Positions 24,155 through 38,154 of a stretch of 64,000 nucleotides of DNA are shown here, one piece after another (position 1 is the stretch's first letter; every line of letters begins with the position of its first letter). The stretch is taken from NCBI GenBank assembly GCA_013239625.1, contig MU054220.1, forward strand, positions 2,355,374 through 2,419,373. Reading direction: 5' to 3'. The translations under genes and the position numbers were made by a program. The stretch comes from Lama guanicoe (taxonomy: Eukaryota). The notes beneath the pieces were generated by a model, which saw nothing but the letters and a program-made list of their open reading frames with translations, did no database searches and had not been told where the DNA came from.

Positions 24155-24601
24155 ACTAATTCATCTACTGATGCATAACAAACCACACAGCAGAACTAGT
24201 GACTTAAAATAACAATTTTCTTATCTTTCATTGTTCTTTGGGCAGACTGGACTCAGTTGGGAAATTCTTCTGCTGGTCATATTTGAGGTCTCTCTAGTGT
24301 CATCTGGAGCCTCATTTGGGACAGCTGGACCTCTCAAGGACTCCTCTCTCCATATGGCCTCTCCAGCACAGTAGGCAGACTTGTAACGTAGCAGCTTTGG
24401 ACTTCCAAAAGTGACAGTTCCAAGAGGGAGGAAATGGAAGCTGTCAGTTCTCTTAAAGGCTTAGACCCAGAACTTGCTATGTTCTCTTGATTAAAACAAG
24501 TAACAGACTAGTCTCGATTCAGTATGGGAGGGGACCACACAGGAAAAGAATACCAAGTAGTATGATTCTTTGGGGTCCACCTTTGGATACGAGCTACTAC
24601 A
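24155..24601. mobile_element. MaLR solo LTR (MLT1-type)
   Basis: tgcataacaaaccac...agtgacttaaaataaca; ctctctccatatggcctctccagca; ends ctactaca. Confidence 0.7.
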
Positions 24602-25172
24602 GGGACAATATCTGTTTTATAGACTAATATATACCTGATAATAGACACTCAGTAGTTATTTGTGGTTTGAATCAATAGTTGTATGGACCAACAGCCAGGT
24701 TGGTGGATGGATGACTGACTGCTCTTGTTGGTTTATTTGGGTGAGGTTCATGTGATTCTTATGGCTCAGATACCCATGCTTATGTCTTTATAGTACTCAT
24801 CCTTCCATAGCACAAGTCCTTCTAGGAAATCACCTTTTCAGTCTTAGTGACTTGGGTGGCCAGGGTATATCATGTTCCATTTTTGGGAGCTGTAATCCAG
24901 GGAAGAAAAAATAAAACTGCTGTTTATTAGACTGTACTGGCTACTATACTATACTTATGTTCTTACTTCATCACGACAACCTTGTAAAATAGGGATTTCC
25001 CCTTAAATTTGGACACTGAGGATAATGAGCTTGCCCAAGGTCACACAGCTAGTAAGTGACACAAGATGATAAATTAAACTACAGTCTGTTTCTGAAACTG
25101 AAGAACTGACTTGCCTCATATATTAGTTACTCAGAGTTTCCCTTGGTAAATCTCAAACTACTAAGTTACAGC

Positions 25173-25382
25173 AGCAGGTTTCTCAACAGCAGCACTATTA
25201 ACATCTGGGGCTGCATGATTCTTTATTGTGGGGGGCTGTCCTATGCATTGTAGGATGTTGAGCAGCATCCCTGGCCTGGACTCACTAGATGCCAGTGCTC
25301 TCCCCCCACCCAGTTGCAACAACCAAAAATGTCTCCAGACATATGTCCCCTGGGGGGAACCCCTTCTCATTAGAAATCATTG
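25173..25382. mobile_element. MER20 hAT-Charlie MITE
   Basis: tttctcaac...gggggctgtcctatgcattgtaggatgttgagcagcatccctggcc...aaccaaaaatgtctccagacat. Confidence 0.85.
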
Positions 25383-28347
25383 ACAAGTTATTTCATGATT
25401 TGCTGTCCTTTGACTTTGCTGGGGGGTTTCGGTATTACATCTCACAAGTAACTGGCAGTGGCTTCAAACCATCTTATTTTTATGATAGTTATAAACATAC
25501 TGCCTGGTTCTGATGGTCTTGAGTCATGCCTTTCTCTCATTGCTTCGCTCCTCTTTTGCCTTGTTTTTTTCCTTTTGTCTGGGATTCTGCTAAATAAAAT
25601 GCAGCTGGATAAAGTGTTTGTAAGGACTTTTTACACAGGTATCAATTCAGCAGGCATTCAGATCTCTGAGATTATAACCATTAGCGCTAGTGAAAAGAAG
25701 GCAATTTATAACTTCTAATTATAGTAGAGGGGGGAATGCATAATACTTAGTAAGGTGGCTTCCAGGCTCCACAGAGTTAACCTTCAGGGTAGTATTGATT
25801 GACATGCATGCGCAGTTCTTTTGGGGAACGGGGGAGGAGAGTGGAAATTGCAGTTTTTCTAATTGTGCTTTAGTTGTCACTTATATGACAATTTCATATT
25901 GTCTAGACAGGGAAATGGTGGATAAATTATTCCAGTGGGGTCAAATGCTGAGTCCAAAAGGAATCAAGAAAGTTGCTCAAGTCAGGATCAGGGTGGAAGG
26001 GCAAGTAGTATACCCCCAGAGGCGAATCAGTGAAAATCAGATGTCACTAAGAGAAGCAGTTCAGAGTGAGCCCAGGATATAAGAGAAATTATTGTACTCT
26101 GAGCTTTGCGTTGGCTCACGGGCTAACAGTGGATTGTTTGGGGGCCCAGCTGGAGTCTCTGCCCTCTTTTCTATTTCTATAAACTCCAGAAATCTCATTA
26201 CTTGAACAGACATGAGCCAGGAAGGCTGCCTCTTAGCCTCTGGTTAATAAATGCCCCAGCCCACTGTGCATTCCTTTTTCCTCATTCTCTTGCAAGCTTC
26301 ATTTACTAACTTCTCTCTGCCCTCCTGATGTTGGCCCTAAGTTTTACTTCATATTATGGAGTATAGTGTTTGCAACATAATAGGGTCAATGGACTGAATG
26401 ACCCTCCTCGACGGTTTTTAAATTTTCAGGTCAGGAATATGAATGTGAAAAATCTAAGGAGAAATGTGCAAAATTTGCTGTTATTGAAGCAGTAAATGAT
26501 TCTACCACATATTCTTTGTAGAATTAGTGGGCCTGGAGATAGACTTTTTTGGAATTGTTTATTATTCTGACTAAAATTAGCTGAGAATTCAGGATTATTG
26601 AATTCTGTAAATCTCTTCTTGATCTGGAGGGAAACCAGTCAATTAGGATGCACTGCCTCTTAATTGAAGTCCAAACTTCCACGTCACAGCTGCTGCTTGT
26701 TGTGGGTATGTGCACATGTGAATATCAGAACTAGCTGTGAAACTTGTCATTGACGTGCTCATATTCATCCTTTGGTGAAAAGCCTCTGATCTAAATTCCC
26801 AGTTTAGAAATGTCTGGTCTGTGGACAGACCTCCCAAGTCTCCCAGAGAGAAATAATTTGGAGACAGAGTAAACGCGTGTAGATCACCTTGGACCTTTCA
26901 ATTCAAATGCTGACAAAAGTGAGTTTTTATTATAAATTGATGTTTTGTAACTATAGTATGATGTGTTGAAGATACACAAGCGCTAAGCATAGTCCCAACC
27001 AATCATTTTACAATTGTATTAACAGTGACCGTGCACCTAACAGCAGAGGGTCAGATGTTCGCAGAGGAGTCTGGCTGACTTTTCAGGCAAGACTTTGGTA
27101 TATCTAGATACACAATTGCACACACCATATGAATTGTTTCCAGCTTCTTCCCTCCTGGTATCTGTGATTATGTTGTGCTCTGATGTTTTACCGTCTATTG
27201 CTCACTGCACAGAGACATTGAGGAGTATGTTAATGTTTGTAAAGATATTTTAAAGTTTTTCTGGTGAAAGGCATTTTTCTGAGCCCTGTGAATTGTTTGT
27301 TTGACGATGGTGAAATAAGGCCGATCCACACGACAGGCACAGTGAGCTCTTTTCTGTAGTATGTCTAGGTTTTCCCTGACATTAGCCTTTTAGCAGTGCC
27401 ACCTTGCCTTGGTCGGTCCCACAGCAGGGGCAGAAATTGCCTACCAGGCTCTGCTGGCAACTACATCATGTGCTGTAAGTGCACCCTTAGAACTAGGGGG
27501 CCCTATAGTGATCAGATGAGTGCCTATCGTTGGATAACTTAAATGATAATTGCCAGTGTGTGAAATGGGGAGGCTTGGATGCCTCCGCTTTAAAGCAAAG
27601 ATGTCAATTTGGAAATCATAATAGAGGTGTCATTTCAGAACACACAATTATTTTTTACAAAGAATAAGGGCTTGTCATCTCCCAGCCCAGGCATGCGCCA
27701 AGGCAGAGATCTGGAGCTTGCAGAGCAAGATGCAGAAACAAAGAAGGCAAGAGTGTATCCAGGTTTATTTGGCTTCCCACCCCTTCAGCCCCCTGAAAAC
27801 ATTGTCCTCTTTCCCCTGTGGGGTCTCTTTTGGCACTAGGCTGTCCTGGAGCATCAGTGGTAGTTTCCTAGGCAAGTAGTCAGCCTCTGACTTTATGATT
27901 TAATAAGCCTCCCAGGGACCAGGCTGCACTGCATTTATCAGGACAACTATGTCAGCACTTTAACCTGAGCAGCTTAAGTGACCAGAGAGATGAAGAGTGA
28001 TGTAAGCAGTTTCTGAAAAACTTGTTCCTTCAGGAATTTTAGTGTGAGATTTTGGCTGTCTAGCAACCTTGTCTGAAAGTCATGGGGATCAGGGTCGGGG
28101 GCAGTCAGATATGTCTTCTTGCTTATTTTTCCAAATCAACTTAGGCCTCCTGATGTATTCACTTAGATTCTTATTGGTCTCCTATTGTGTATTAATTAGG
28201 ATGTGAATTTTAATTGGAATGAAAAGATGACTTGGACTCAATACTTGTTTTCACGTAGCTTGTAGTCCAGTAGCAGAGACAAGACATAATTACCAAGAAC
28301 TGCAGTACAAGGTGACTTGGGAGAAGGCCTTTTAAGAGATGATTCAA

Positions 28348-28598
28348 GGGCAGGGGAGAGGTGTAGTTCAGTGGTAGAGTGTGTGCCTAGCATGCATGAG
28401 ATCTTGAGTCTAATACCCTAGTAGTGCCATTAAAAATAAATAATTTCTTGTAATGAGCCGTAATGGAGAAGAAATTGAAAATACGTATGTATGTATATGT
28501 ATAACAATCACTTTGCTATACACCTGAAACTAACATTGTAAATTGACTACACTTAAGTAAAAAATAAGAATAAGTAAATAAACCTAACCCCCCCCAAA
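28348..28598 (+). mobile_element. Vic-1-like SINE interrupted by an L1 3'-end fragment
   Basis: SINE head 28348-28435, L1-like 3' end ~28445-28565, SINE tail taaataaacctaacccc; TSD aagagatgatt at 28334 and 28599. Confidence 0.8.
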
Positions 28599-28783
28599 AA
28601 GAGATGATTAAAATGCTATGGGGTTTGGGGGAAGGGTGGGTGAACTTCTGGCTGGAAAAGTCAGGTATTTGAGCTTTGAAGGATTTTTACAGGCATAGAA
28701 GGGGAAGAATTCTCCAGAAAAAAGAAATGGCCAAGCTAAATGTGGAGGTGAAAATAGTGAGGGTGTGTTTAGTTTAGCTAGAG

Positions 28784-29100
28784 CAGTCGTTCTCAAAGTG
28801 TGGCCTGGGATCCCTGAAGTCAAAACTACCTTCATAATAATGCTGAGACGTTCTTTTTCACTCTCATTCTTTCATGAGTATTCGGTGGAATTTTCTAGAG
28901 GCCACATGACGTTTGATGAGGTTGTCACTCTGGTGGCCAGTGGAACATGTGCTTGTGTATTAAGTTTTTATCGGTTTTAATGTCAAATATAATACATGTT
29001 GATAGATAAAACCCATAAAAACAAAAGCTCTTTGGGGTCCTCAGTAATTTTTAAGAGTGTTAAAGGAACTCTGATACCAAAAAGTTTGAAAACCATTGGG
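28784..29100. mobile_element. hAT-Charlie family deletion derivative
   Basis: termini cagtcgttctcaaa ... tttgaaaaccattg are imperfect inverted repeats. Confidence 0.7.
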
Positions 29101-29928
29101 CCAGAGCATACATTATGTCCAGAAGGAATGAGAAATTTGGCTCCAAGGCTTTGGTGCCAAGCTGAGGAATTTGAATTTATTTCGCAGGCAGAAGGAAACT
29201 ATTAGTTTGGGTTTGGCTCCCCTGAACTGAACTAGCAGATGTCACCCAGACATCAGAGCCAGGCTGGGAAATTACTCTTTAGGCATGGGGCACCAGTGGC
29301 ATCTTAGCTTCTAGGAGCAACTTTCCTTATCCATATAAGGTCACAGAGTTTTAGCAGTTAATGTTTCCAGTGACTGGAGAAGGTCTGAACGTGTTTGTTG
29401 GCTTTGGGATGTTGATTTTCTCTGTGATCTGAGAACTAGTTAAAAGAGTACCTTCAGGATATAATTGTTTATTAACAGTGTCACTGGCTTGTTTATTCTG
29501 CCTAGACTGGTACCCAAACTTTCTGCTCCTCAACCCTGATATCCATTGAATTTGGAACAAAGGTTCTTTTCTCTTGGATGACCATTTTTATCTGCCCCAA
29601 CAACTTTGTTCTTTCCCAGAGCTTTCTTCTACTTTTTGTTTTGTTTTGTTTTGTTTTCCTAGTCATCAGATGATACAGCTCATCTGGGGAATATTTGCAC
29701 ATATTCAGAGTATGAATCAGGGAAGGAAGAAATACTTGTAGTCATTTAAAATGTTAGGAATTTTACAGCTTAAATTGTGTTCCTGTTGACTTACGATTTT
29801 AGCAGGGCTTAATATTAATTTTTGATAACTTATTCTAGTGTGTAATACTTTGATTTCAAGTTTTTCCTTTCCATCCCTTGTGACTCCATCTTGTCTTTCA
29901 AGGGATTTTATGTAAGCAAGATTTTAGA

Positions 29929-30137
29929 GCATGGATGGGGCAGATTTTTTTTCTGTAAAGGGTCAGATAGTAAATATTTTAGGCCTGTCCCTATCAGGAT
30001 TACTCAATTCTGCCTTCCTAGCTCCAAAGCAGCCGCAGACAATATGTAAATGAGTAAATGATGTGGCTGTGTTAGGATAAAACTTTATTTATAAAACCAG
30101 GCAGCTGGCCCAGTGCCTGTAATTTACCAAACCTGCT
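29929..30137. mobile_element. MER58A hAT-Charlie MITE
   Basis: ttttctgtaaagggtcagatagtaaatattttaggc...aaagcagccgcagacaatatgtaaatga. Confidence 0.8.
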
Positions 30138-30197
30138 TTTTAGAACATGAGGGCAACTTGCTGTTTGAAGAAATTCTTTTTAAGAAGTCATTCTTTT

Positions 30198-30250
30198 TTT
30201 TTTAACATTTTTTATTGATTTATAATCATTTTACAATGTTGTGTCAAAGG
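30198..30250 (-). mobile_element. ~53-bp extreme 3' end of a young L1-like retroelement
   Basis: poly-T + aacattttttattgatttataatcattttacaatgttgtgtcaa between perfect TSD aagaagtcattctttt (30182, 30251). Confidence 0.8.
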
Positions 30251-30309
30251 AAGAAGTCATTCTTTTGAAAATGAATAGTTTTCTCTTTAGTTTTCAGTAG
30301 TTTACTTTT

Positions 30310-30470
30310 AGATTTTTTATATTGGATGTTTTAAATTTTGAAATAATTTCAGACTTGCAGAAAAGTTGCAAAAAATAGTGCAAAGAATTCCCATATATTC
30401 TTCATTCACATTCCCTAAGTGTTAACATTTTACCGCATTTGCTTTATCATTTTCTCTCTTTTGCTCTGTC
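30310..30470 (-). mobile_element. old L1M 3'-end fragment
   Basis: ttttgaaataatttcagacttgcagaaaagttgcaaaaaatagtgcaaagaattccc. Confidence 0.65.
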
Positions 30471-32999
30471 TGTATATGAATATGGTTGTGCTTTTATATA
30501 CTTATAGTTTTTATATTTTATATATTTGGGGTTATTATATTCTATTGAATATTGAATTTATGAGAAGTAGTGTATAGTTTGGTAGAACAGTGGCCTTTAA
30601 AAAAAAATACTTCTGGCTAGTGAAAGGCTTTTGAGCAGTCTTTGTATGTGTGTATGTGTGTGTGTTATACATTATGGTTATACATTACAATCAAAAGTTC
30701 TAATATTTTCTTCCTGTTCTCCAGTGGATCAGAATAGCATAACCTCTGGTATACCTCACTTGGACACGACTGGTTTAGAAAATGAACCAGGCAAACTTGT
30801 AGAGAAAGGTGTTTTTTCTCTCTGTCAGAGCTTCAGTGACTCTGTAAAGCATTTTTAAATTGAGATTATAGATCAGAATGAAATAGTAGCCTCAAGCTTG
30901 AATAAGTTTATCTGAGCTCTCCCTAAGTCCTACCTGATTTCGTATTATTGCACTGCTTGGTAGATCATTAAGTCAAGTCACATTTGTGGTGGCCAGAGCA
31001 GAAGGCACTCAGCTATCATCCCATTCTGTTTTGTTGTGTCATTTCCCCATTGATGGCTCTTTGCTAACTGTGGGTAAGAAATCTTTCTTTGAGGCTTCTA
31101 GGAGTAGTGGTGATAGTTACTCATCTAGTCACTCTAGTTCTTTCTTTATTCAACACCAATTGAAGAAGTCTTTTTTAATCTTTCCGGTAATGTTTGTGTT
31201 GTAACTGTAATTTACGGAATTTAATGTTTCATCAGTGACATGTGTATGAAGTTGCTATTCATAGTAATTGGCTCTCCTGATTTGTGTATTAGCAGTTAAA
31301 ATGCTATATATGTATAAATGACTTGCCAGTCCACTGTATTGCCTGGAGAGCAAATGGTGGCAATAGATTGTAGTAAGTTTCTGGTAAGTAGGCACAGGGG
31401 ATACACTTTCCAAAAGAACCTCATCAGGGACTCCCCAGAGACTAAGCTTAAGATTCTAGTTTTACTCTGTTTTAAGAAGTCTTCCTAATTAAGATGGGAA
31501 TTTAGGGCGGAAAGTAGAGTTTGCAGGATTATAAAATGGAATCATTAACATTGAAATTATCTAATCCAAACTCTTCTGGTTAAAGAATCTTCTTTACAGC
31601 ATCCAGCATCCCTGAAAAGTCATCTCATTTTTTCTGAATACTGTCAGTCCCTGCTGTGGCATAGTAGGGGGTAATACTGGCTTCCTAATTTGGCAGGATC
31701 ATTTTTCAAGCAGAAGTACTTAAGAAGGATATATATTGGTCATTCTGGAGGATGCTCCTTGCCAAAGGGCTTCTGCTTATTAAGCAGTCATTTGGAAGAT
31801 AATACAACAGGGCTCAGTAATATTCAGGACTCCCTCCAGAGCCCTTTGGGATAGAACAAGCTTCTGAATATTCCAGGGCAGTCAGCTACTCCCAGATCTT
31901 GCTTCTGCTCTTAAGCTCCTATAGAACTAACGTATTAGTAATGAGTAAGTACTATATATGAATAAATGTTCTGAAGAGATACTCTTCTCAAAATTTTACT
32001 TTTCTTCTTTCTCCAGTCTGTGTATCTCTCACTATCCCTTCCTCTCACAAACATTTTGTATTTCAAGATTCAAGGATATGCCATTATTTTATGTGCCTCT
32101 ATGAAAGAACAAGATCCTGCCAATTAAACTGCATCACATAGTTTTAAGATGCATCCCAATTTCAGACGTATTAAAATGCAGGGGTCGGGGGTAGTGTGTT
32201 TTAGAATTGATGAACCTCAGCATTTCTGCTGCTGTAAACAGTAATAGCATTGAAGATTCAGGTTTTCCACCAGAGAGAAGATGTATTTTATTACTTCCAC
32301 CTCTTCCTTATTGGTTTCATTATATTCTTTCTCTTCAGTGATAGGCCTATTTATCGTGTCATAAGGGTGGGGATTATAAGCCTTGTCTAGGTAGAAAATA
32401 CCATGTAACGGTTGGTTGTCCTGAGTGGGAAAGGTAGAAGGCCAGGTTGACAGGACCTCTGCTGTATCTCTTCCTCAGGCTGTTAGGGGAAATGCTTCAG
32501 AGAGCCAGTCACTGGGATAAAGTGACTGCACATGACTATACCTAAAGCCAGCTGGTTTTAATAACGGTAAATTGAATTAACTCAATTGGAAAAGATTGGT
32601 AGCTGCTGTCCTTATCCTGCAGATCTGCCTTAAAGAAGAGTCTGGCAGGGAGCCGGAGACCTGTTCCTGGGAGAGCCAGGCAAGATGCTGCTGGAGGAAC
32701 AATATGCATTTCTTTCTGAGACCATTTCCTTTGAAACGTGTTCTATGGCAGGAGCTTGATTGGCTGCCAAGGCACATTTGAGTTGGGAAGCAGTGTGGCA
32801 GACATGGTAAATTGGGGGGCCCCTGAGGCATGTGTATAGATGTGTTGTAACTGGCCCTTGCTGTATGAAAAGGAGAAAAAAATGTTTTAGCTAAAATTTG
32901 ACAGTCAGGAGAGTTCATGCAAAAGTCAAGATTTCTGGCTTCCCTTAAAAAATAGGAAAAGCCAGTGATACAGAACCTACATTGTAGTTTAGACTCAGT

Positions 33000-33230
33000 G
33001 GGTGCATAGTGGTTTGAATCATTTTGGAGTTGACAGACCTTCACTGGAGTCCCCTCCAGCATTATCACTCAGTAGCTGTGTACCACCGTGCAATACACTT
33101 AACTTCTAGGCCCATTGTTCTCATGTGTGTGTAGTAATGCTTACCTTTCCAGGTTATGGTATGATTTAAATAAAGAAAGAGATGCGAAGTACTTAGTATT
33201 TGCCTGGCACCGAAAAAGTGCTCAGTAAAA
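33000..33230 (+). mobile_element. MIR SINE
   Basis: catagtggtt...tagctgtgtacc...gcctggcac...gtgctcagtaaa. Confidence 0.6.
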
Positions 33231-33778
33231 TGTGTGTGTATCACATATGATCATTGAATTTACAGTCGGGCTAAATTATATAATTAACCATTTTTACCAG
33301 TTGTTAAGAGACCCCTAGGAGTACTCACAAAAAAGGTGTGGGCAGAGCAGAATGAGTAGAGGATAAGATGATGTGGATGAGGATGACATGCAGGAACTGA
33401 ACACCGAGATGAATGTTGGCACTATATGGTGATCTCTGGGTATGCTTCATTTTCCTCTCCCATGTTGATCCCAACCTCCTATTTGTCTACTGGAGGTACT
33501 GCAAATAGAAATAAGATGATGTCTCTGAAGCACTTGTTTGTTTCTCACAGAAGAGCAGTATTCAGCATCATACAGTGGCCATATCCAGTATGGGAGCTCT
33601 GGAGCTCTTTATTTATGCCTCTAAGTACTTAGCTTGTAGGAAGGATGTGATTCCAGATAAGAGGTGTTAGCTACCCGCAAAGGGGGATGTTATTTATCTC
33701 TCCCCCCATTTTTCCTTATGAATGACCTCTGAGTTGGTAATTGACAGGGATTATTGCCATTTTTTTAATCTCTGCTAG

Positions 33779-33865
33779 GAGGCTGCTGGAGTCTTCCCTC
33801 ATTTCATTATCCCGTTATGATGGAGCAGGATCCAGAGAGCACCCAATTTACCCAGACCCAGCGAG
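33779..33865 (+). CDS. AMBRA1: AMBRA1 exon 8 (87 nt)
   Basis: ctgctag| [28 protein letters not shown](R) |gtaagg; phase 2 at both ends. Confidence 0.96.
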
Positions 33866-36800
33866 GTAAGGCCAAAGTGAGAAATGGCACTAGGTGGGGG
33901 GGAGGGGCTGCCCTTGGGGATGCCAAGCTGTTGGAAGCCCCGTTCTGTGCCTCTCTGGTCCTGGTGCTCTTTTACTCTTCAGTTACAGTTTTGAGACAGG
34001 TGGTTCAGGTGATTGGGAAGTGTTACAGGTAAGTGAACAGAACCTCTGGTGATAGAGGGTTATGACTGAGCCCTTGTTCTTTGGGGCTCATCTTTGTAAG
34101 TGGGACACTAGTGGAGGGACCTGAGGAGGCCACTGGTAGAGTCGCAGAATATTTCTTTTCTGCTGATCAGAGAGGCTGTTGCCATTCAGATGGACAGCCA
34201 AAAGAGAAACAAAAGTTTTTAATAATAGGAAAATTACTTACAAAGTAAAACAAACAAAAAATCCTTACTTGGGAGAGAATTTAGAACATCCAAAGGCAGA
34301 AATCAAGCTCATTCAGATGGTGAATTTTTGGAGACTATGTGAAGGAAGAGATGACTGACAAAAGGATAACTGAATAAAATGAGTTGATATATTATTAATG
34401 TGCTTGCCTTACACTGATTAGAAGACATTTGAAAAGTTCTCTAGGAGATAAAAAGAAAAAAAAAAACAGATGAGTTCAAGGCCCACCTTTATGTTATACT
34501 GGTTGCTGAGGACCAGGTTGATGTGTAACATTTATTTATAGTGAGCAGCTCTTTGGGGTTGTCACAGCAGGACTTACTAATCCTGTTAATGATCCAAAAG
34601 GGGAATAACCTGCCCATTCTTTAAGTAATATGAGAGTACATTGCGAGGCTTTGCCTGAAGAAAAGGGTAATTTATAATGGTGGGGTTGAAGTTAACAGTG
34701 TATGTCAGAAAAGGCTAAATAAGCTTTGCTGTAGATTAAGAATTTCAAGTCTGGAAAAAACCTTAGACTAAGTTGGTTGCAGTGACATTGAATGATTTTA
34801 TTGTTGCCACAGTTTTGTCATGATACTGAGCACTCTTTCTGAGATACTAGTGAAAAGATGCCCCATTATCCTCTTACTCCCTTTTCCATTCCTCAGAAAT
34901 GGTAAATCCAGGGAGCAAGGGACATGAGAATTGACTGTTAAACAGGTATGCCTTGTAAGCAACCTAATAAACTAATATCTTACTTAAAAAAGGCAACTTA
35001 GATGGTGACTGAAGCAAGGAAGTTTGTTAGTCTCTATTCATATTTGAAAGTAGCAAGCCCTAAATAAGAGAAGGAAATATTTTTCATGAATCAAATTCTT
35101 TGCAACACTGAGAGAACCTCTTGCTATGAAATGGTTTCTTTTAGGACAGTAACGGGAATCTCATCCCCAGAATTTTTAACCTGACAGATTTTAACAGTGA
35201 TTCTTAAAGACCAAAATTATTTGTCCCCCTTTCATGTAATAAATTTGCTATTTATCCCTACTCAGGTCTCTTTATCACAGAAAGGCCATACTTTGTGGTG
35301 TTGGTATTTTTTACATTTGCCCTTTAAACACAAAATAGATATTTTTGGAGGGGGAAATATTCTTCCTTGAAGAAAGCTTGAGTTATTTAAATATTTTAAA
35401 TATTCACTTGAAACACTTTAGAGTTTGATAATTATCTAGCTCTTCAGTAGAAGGATGATTATTACCCCATTACTGGTCGTTTTATTTCTTTTTCCTCTTA
35501 GACTTCACCCTACATAATATGTATTGGTCAAAGCCTTTGTGAGACATGCGGTATTCAGATCCTTAACTTCCCTCTACCTAAAAAGATGATGCAAGGATGT
35601 ACTTGTACTTAATAATGTGCCAAGAATCTTTTTTCTTTACCATTGGTGCATAGTTTTATAGCTTAGGGAATTCCTGTCCAGTAGTGAAATTAAACAATTG
35701 GGGCTACCTAGTGCTGAAATTTTGCCCCTACATAAAAGGACAATCTTTATATATTACTTTCAACATCAACATATTTCTACCTCTATCACCATAATATAAT
35801 TTTTCCATTAGTTTGGGTGGACTGTCAACTGAGGAATGAGTGTACTTATTGTCATTTTTCAGAATCGTTTCTAAAAAAAGAATCTTCATTCTCCTCTTAA
35901 AACTTTTTTTACATTCTTTTCTATTCTGATCGACTTGAGAATTTAACTAGCAGTAATTAATTCCTGCTGAAAGATTTCTGTGTATTTGATAGATATAGGA
36001 ACAACTCAGGAGTCTTGGCTTCTGTCTGTTGAACATTTAGGGTTTTTGATTCATCCTTGCCAAATGCATGGGAATAGGTGCCCAAAAAGATAATGAAATT
36101 TCTGTTAGTTGAGACTTTAAAGAAATAGTTCTTATACTCTGATGATCTTAGCCAAGGCATCTGTACATCCATTCCCACCTGCTATGTTATAATAATTACT
36201 ATTGTTTAGTAATTGGAATCAGAGGTAATTTGGATATAGAGGTGTCAAGTACAGCATATTGTCCCATAACACAGACGTTTGAGTTCCAAAGATTGTCATC
36301 TGGCCTGCTTGGAAATTCCATTTGATGGTTAGCCAGGACACCACCTCTGATGACAGGCATTTCAGAGGCAGCCTTAGTTCCTATAGCAGCTGACTGCAGG
36401 ATCTCCTTTGGTCTGAGTCTGTAGATTTACTGAGGATTTGCCCAAAGACCTACTTTGTCCTGGGGTAATGAAAGGTCAGGCAATAAGATGTTTGTAAATA
36501 CTTTTCCTATCATTTGGGTATAAGTATTTCTATTTCCATTCTCAATCAGTTTTTCCAGATTTCCATTAAAAAAGTACATGCTTTTTTCCTTTTATATTCA
36601 GTCATTATAGAGTTAACGTCCCTAGGAATCCTCATGAGGATTGCTGTGTTTCCTTTTAGTTTTTTGTTCTAATTACAGAAATATATATTTTTATATACAT
36701 ATTAGTGTATACATACCATTCTTTAATTTTTCCCCCACTTAAAATTTTATTTTAGAGGACTTTACTTGTGCGTAGTAGGGGTAATTTATTCTTTTTAGTA

Positions 36801-37974
36801 GTTATATAGTGTTTCTTCGTATAGATAAAATTTATTTAATCTGTTGATGAGCATTTGGGATGTTTCCCAGTTTTTCACTAGGGCCAATAATGTGTATATC
36901 TCTTCATATCCTGTGTGTTTCTATAGCATAAAATTTCTAATTGAATTGTTGAATCAAAGTGTATACCTCAGGCAGGTTTTAAGTCTTGAAATTTCTTAGT
37001 AATCTACTTCATATTATATATAAAACATTTTTCTCTTATTGTTCTCTCACTTTCTCAGTTCACAGCCTCAAATTACATGTGTTGTGAAAAATGGAGGAAA
37101 AACTCGAGAAAGAAGGGAATGTGCGAATTGTATGGGACACTAGACATTTTCATGGGCTATGAAGACACTTAACCGCAGTTGGAAGAGTATAGGTCCAGGT
37201 TAATTATTTGCTGAGAGCAGCCGTTTTAAGAAAGGAGAGGAAGAGACTGCTGTCCTCTGTGTTGCTCAGTGCCCACGTAGCCTCTGAGGCTCTGTCAGAA
37301 GAGATAAAAAAATCTCTTTTTTTCTTTCAGATTTTCTGTTCTCCTGAGTATATTTTACTTTCAGTCTCTATCCTGAATATTTTCTCTGTTTTAAAACATA
37401 TGAATAATCTGTAAAAGAGAGATAAGAAGTTCAAAGAGATCATCTTAAGGAGCTAGGACGAATCTGGAGCTACAAATGGGAAAAGAAAGGAGTCCTGGTG
37501 AAGGTGATGCCTGAAGATGCCTTCTTAGTCATCTCAGGTTCACCATCTCTTGGCCAGTTTTCTTGTCTGTAAAATGGAAGAAGCTATAGTCCCTTTCATT
37601 TCTTATATTTTGAGTATGGATGATTGAGAAAAAGCTGTGAATCTGTGTAAAAGGTTCCCTGAGAAGTTAAAGGGGGCCCCTTAAGAAACTAAAACGAAAG
37701 ATCCAGTGTTAAACTCTTGGGAGGGGGCAGCCATTGATCAGAAGATGACTGATTAAACAACCTCTTTGCCTTGCCTTGGAACGGAAACACTGGTGATAGT
37801 CTGATAAGCATATTGCACAGTACAAACCTCCCGGTGAGTTAAATGCCCTTTATTTTTCATGTCTCCAGAGTTGACCTCAGCAAGGAGATGCAATGGGAGA
37901 GCTGGATTTACTGTCTTTCCCAGTATTCCCCACATTAGTGCTAGTTTGTGTTTGTCCATCTCTCTCTCTCTCAG

Positions 37975-38154
37975 ATTATCTCCTGCTGCGTACTATGCCC
38001 AGAGGATGATCCAGTATCTCTCACGGAGAGACAGTATCCGCCAGCGTTCCATGCGCTACCAACAGAACCGCCTCCGTTCTTCCACCTCCTCCTCTTCCTC
38101 AGACAACCAGAGTCCATCCGTGGAGGGAACCGACTTGGAATTTGAGGACTTTGA
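37975..38154 (+). CDS. AMBRA1: AMBRA1 exon 9 (180 nt)
   Basis: (tc)n-tcag| [59 protein letters not shown](E) |gtaagt. Confidence 0.96.

Noticed and set aside
36627..36642. 16-bp perfect palindrome aatcctcatgaggatt
   Set aside because: About one such palindrome is expected by chance in 64 kb.
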